A DNA stretch of 63,764 nt from Mustelus asterias (Eukaryota): contig NW_027590160.1 of assembly GCF_964213995.1 (NCBI RefSeq), positions 248,001 to 311,764 on the forward strand. The letters are read 5' to 3'. The translations under genes and the position numbers were made by a program. Below the pieces are notes generated by a model. The model saw only the letters and a list, made by a program, of their open reading frames with translations. It was not told where the DNA came from and did no database searches. Of this stretch, positions 61,699 through 63,764 are shown one piece after another. Within the stretch, counting starts at the first letter, position 1. Each line of letters starts with the position of its first letter.

Positions 61699-63631
61699 AG
61701 TTATTGTACAGGCTCCTCATCTCTCTGTTTCACCGTGCCTCACTGCACTGTAATACGCCACAATGACTGACAGCTCAACCGTCTGAACAGTGAGAGTCTG
61801 AAGCCGTTCACACGGTCCACAGATATTTTAAACCTTCCCTCAACATTAAGAAAGAGGATGTGTTGGAAATTTTGAATAACATCAAGATGGATAAGTCGCC
61901 GGGACCGGATGGGATGTACCCCAGGGTACTGTGGGAGGCGAGGGAAGAGATTGCAGAGCCTCTGGCGATGATCTTTGCGTCATCGATAGAGACGGGAGAG
62001 GTTCCGGAGGATTGGAGTATTGCGGATGTGGTTCCTATATTCAAGAAAGGGAATAGGGATAGCCCAGGAAATTACTGACCGATGAGTCTAACCTCAGTGG
62101 TTGGTAAGTTGATGGAGAAGATCCTGCGGGATAGGATTTATGAACATTTAGAGAAGTTTAGTATGCTCAAAAGTAGTCAGCAAGGCTTTGTCAAAGGCAA
62201 ATCGTGCCTTACGAGCCTGGTGGAGTTCTTTGAAAATGTGACTGAACACATTGACGAAGGAAAAGCGGTAGATGTGGTTTAAATGGACTTCAGCAAGGCG
62301 TTCGATAAAGTCCCTCATGCAACTCTTCTCGAGAAAGTGAGGGGGCATGGGATTCAAGGGGCTGTTGCCTTGTGGATCCAGAACTGGCTTGCCTGCAGAA
62401 GGCAGAGAGTGGTTGTAGATGGGTCTTTTTCTGAATGGAGGTAGGTCACCACTGAAGTGCCCCAGGGATCTGTTCTGGGACCCTTGATATTTGTCATTTT
62501 CATAAATGACATGGATGAGGAAGTGGAGGGATGGGTTGGTAAGTTTGCCGATGACACGAAGGTTGGTGGTGTTGTGGATGGTTTGGAGGGATGTCAGAAG
62601 CTGCAGCGTGACATAGATAGGATGCAAGACTGGGCGGAGAAGTGGCAGATGGACTTCAACCCGGATAAATGTGTAGTGGTCCATTTTGGCACGTCAAATG
62701 GGATGAAGGAGTATAATATCAAGGGTAAGACTCTTAGCAGTGTAGAGAATCAGAAGGACCTTCGGGTCCAGGTCCATAGGACTCTTAAATCGGCCTCGCA
62801 GGTAGAGGAGGTGGTTAAGAAGGCGTATGGTGTGCTGACCTTCATCAATCGAGGGATTGAGTTTAGGAGTTGGGAGATAATGATGCAGCTTTATAAGACC
62901 CTCGTCATACCATTTGGAGTACTGTGCTCAGTTCTGGTCGCCTCTTTACAGGAGGGATGTGGAAATTATTGAAAGGGTGCAGAGAAGACTTACAAGGATG
63001 TTGCCTGGATTGGTTGGCATGTCTTATGAGGATAGGTTGAGGGAGCTCGGTCTTTTCTCCTTGGAGAGACGAAGGATGAGAGGTGACCTGATAGAGGTGT
63101 ACAAGATGCTGAGAGCTATAGATCGGGTGGATTCTCGGAGACTTTATCCCAGGGTTGAAATGGCTGCTACGAGAGGACACAGGTTTATGGTGCTGGGGAG
63201 TAGGTACAGATGAGATGTCAGGGGTAAGTTTTTCACTCAGAGGGCGGTGGGTGAGTGGAATCGGCTGCCGTCAGTGATGGTGGAGGCAAACTCGATAGGG
63301 TCTTTTAAGAGACTTCTGGATGAGTACATGGAACTTAATAGAATTGAGGGTTATAGGTAAGCCTATATATAGCCTCGGTAGGTAGGGACATGACCGGCGC
63401 AACTTGTGGGCCGAAGGGCCTGTTTGTGCTGTATGCTTTCTATGTTCTATGTTCTAACTGTTTCATCTCTGATTGTGGATATGAGAATACTCGGGAGCTT
63501 GTTCAGAGTATTGCCGGTACCAGAATACAATTCTGTTTTAGTGTCAGGAACATTGTAATGAAGAGAAATGGTCTGTCCTTGATTTACCCGATAGATCAAT
63601 AGCTGAATTTTTTCCGAGAGACAAGGAGCAG
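61699..63631 (-). pseudogene. TCR V pseudogene split by a CR1 insertion (5' half 63631-63456, 3' half 61844-61738, RSS 61737-61699)
   Basis: 5' half: acceptor tttgacAG, ...VNQGQTISLHYNV / IVFWYRQYSEQAPEY. 3' half: GRFKISVDRVN / TLTVQTVELSVIVAYYSAVR. RSS is CACGGTG + 23 nt + ACAATAACT. Both canonical Cys are lost. Confidence 0.85.
61845..63455 (+). mobile_element. CR1-type LINE, 5'-truncated RT region with an (ttctatg)n tail
   Basis: KSPGPDGMYPRVL, GKSCLTSLVEFFE, PQGSVLGPLIFVIFINDM and KFADDTK motifs; stops present. Confidence 0.92.
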
Positions 63632-63764
63632 CTGTCAAAGCAAAAACAAAACTAACATGAAGATACATACAGGGAAAAATAAATAAAGTGTTTGCGCAAA
63701 TAGATGGCATTACCTAATCTATGCATCTATCTATACATCTCCCCGCCTATCTGTGTCTCTCTAT

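Overview
Cartilaginous-fish (shark-type) genomic DNA from an antigen-receptor region. Bases 873-8078 (- strand) hold a complete IgM heavy-chain constant gene with intact splice sites: CH1-CH4, secretory tail, TM1 and TM2. I find no JH, DH or VH upstream of it before the assembly gap at 27433. Instead the upstream DNA carries a G-rich (sense strand) 20-bp tandem repeat dense in AID hotspots about 1 kb 5' of CH1. About 7.5 kb upstream there is also a CpG-island promoter (NRF1, GC-box, 3x YY1+RFX-like) whose motifs point toward Cmu. This resembles a promoter / switch region / constant region unit. The rest of the window is a TCR alpha/delta-type V-segment array in mixed orientation. It has two intact conventional Vs, one V with a GTG start, three V pseudogenes (one split by a CR1 LINE) and one intact IgNAR-like (NAR-TCR-type) V with no recognisable D/J/supporting V. 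Interleaved are an intact two-exon GPR139-like GPCR gene, three plausible tRNA genes (Glu-CTC, Asn-GTT, intron-containing Ile-TAT) and many decayed tRNAs. Repeats include CR1, Tx1 and Penelope retroelements, HE1/V-SINEs and long TG-rich tracts. All calls were made by eye and repeat boundaries are approximate.
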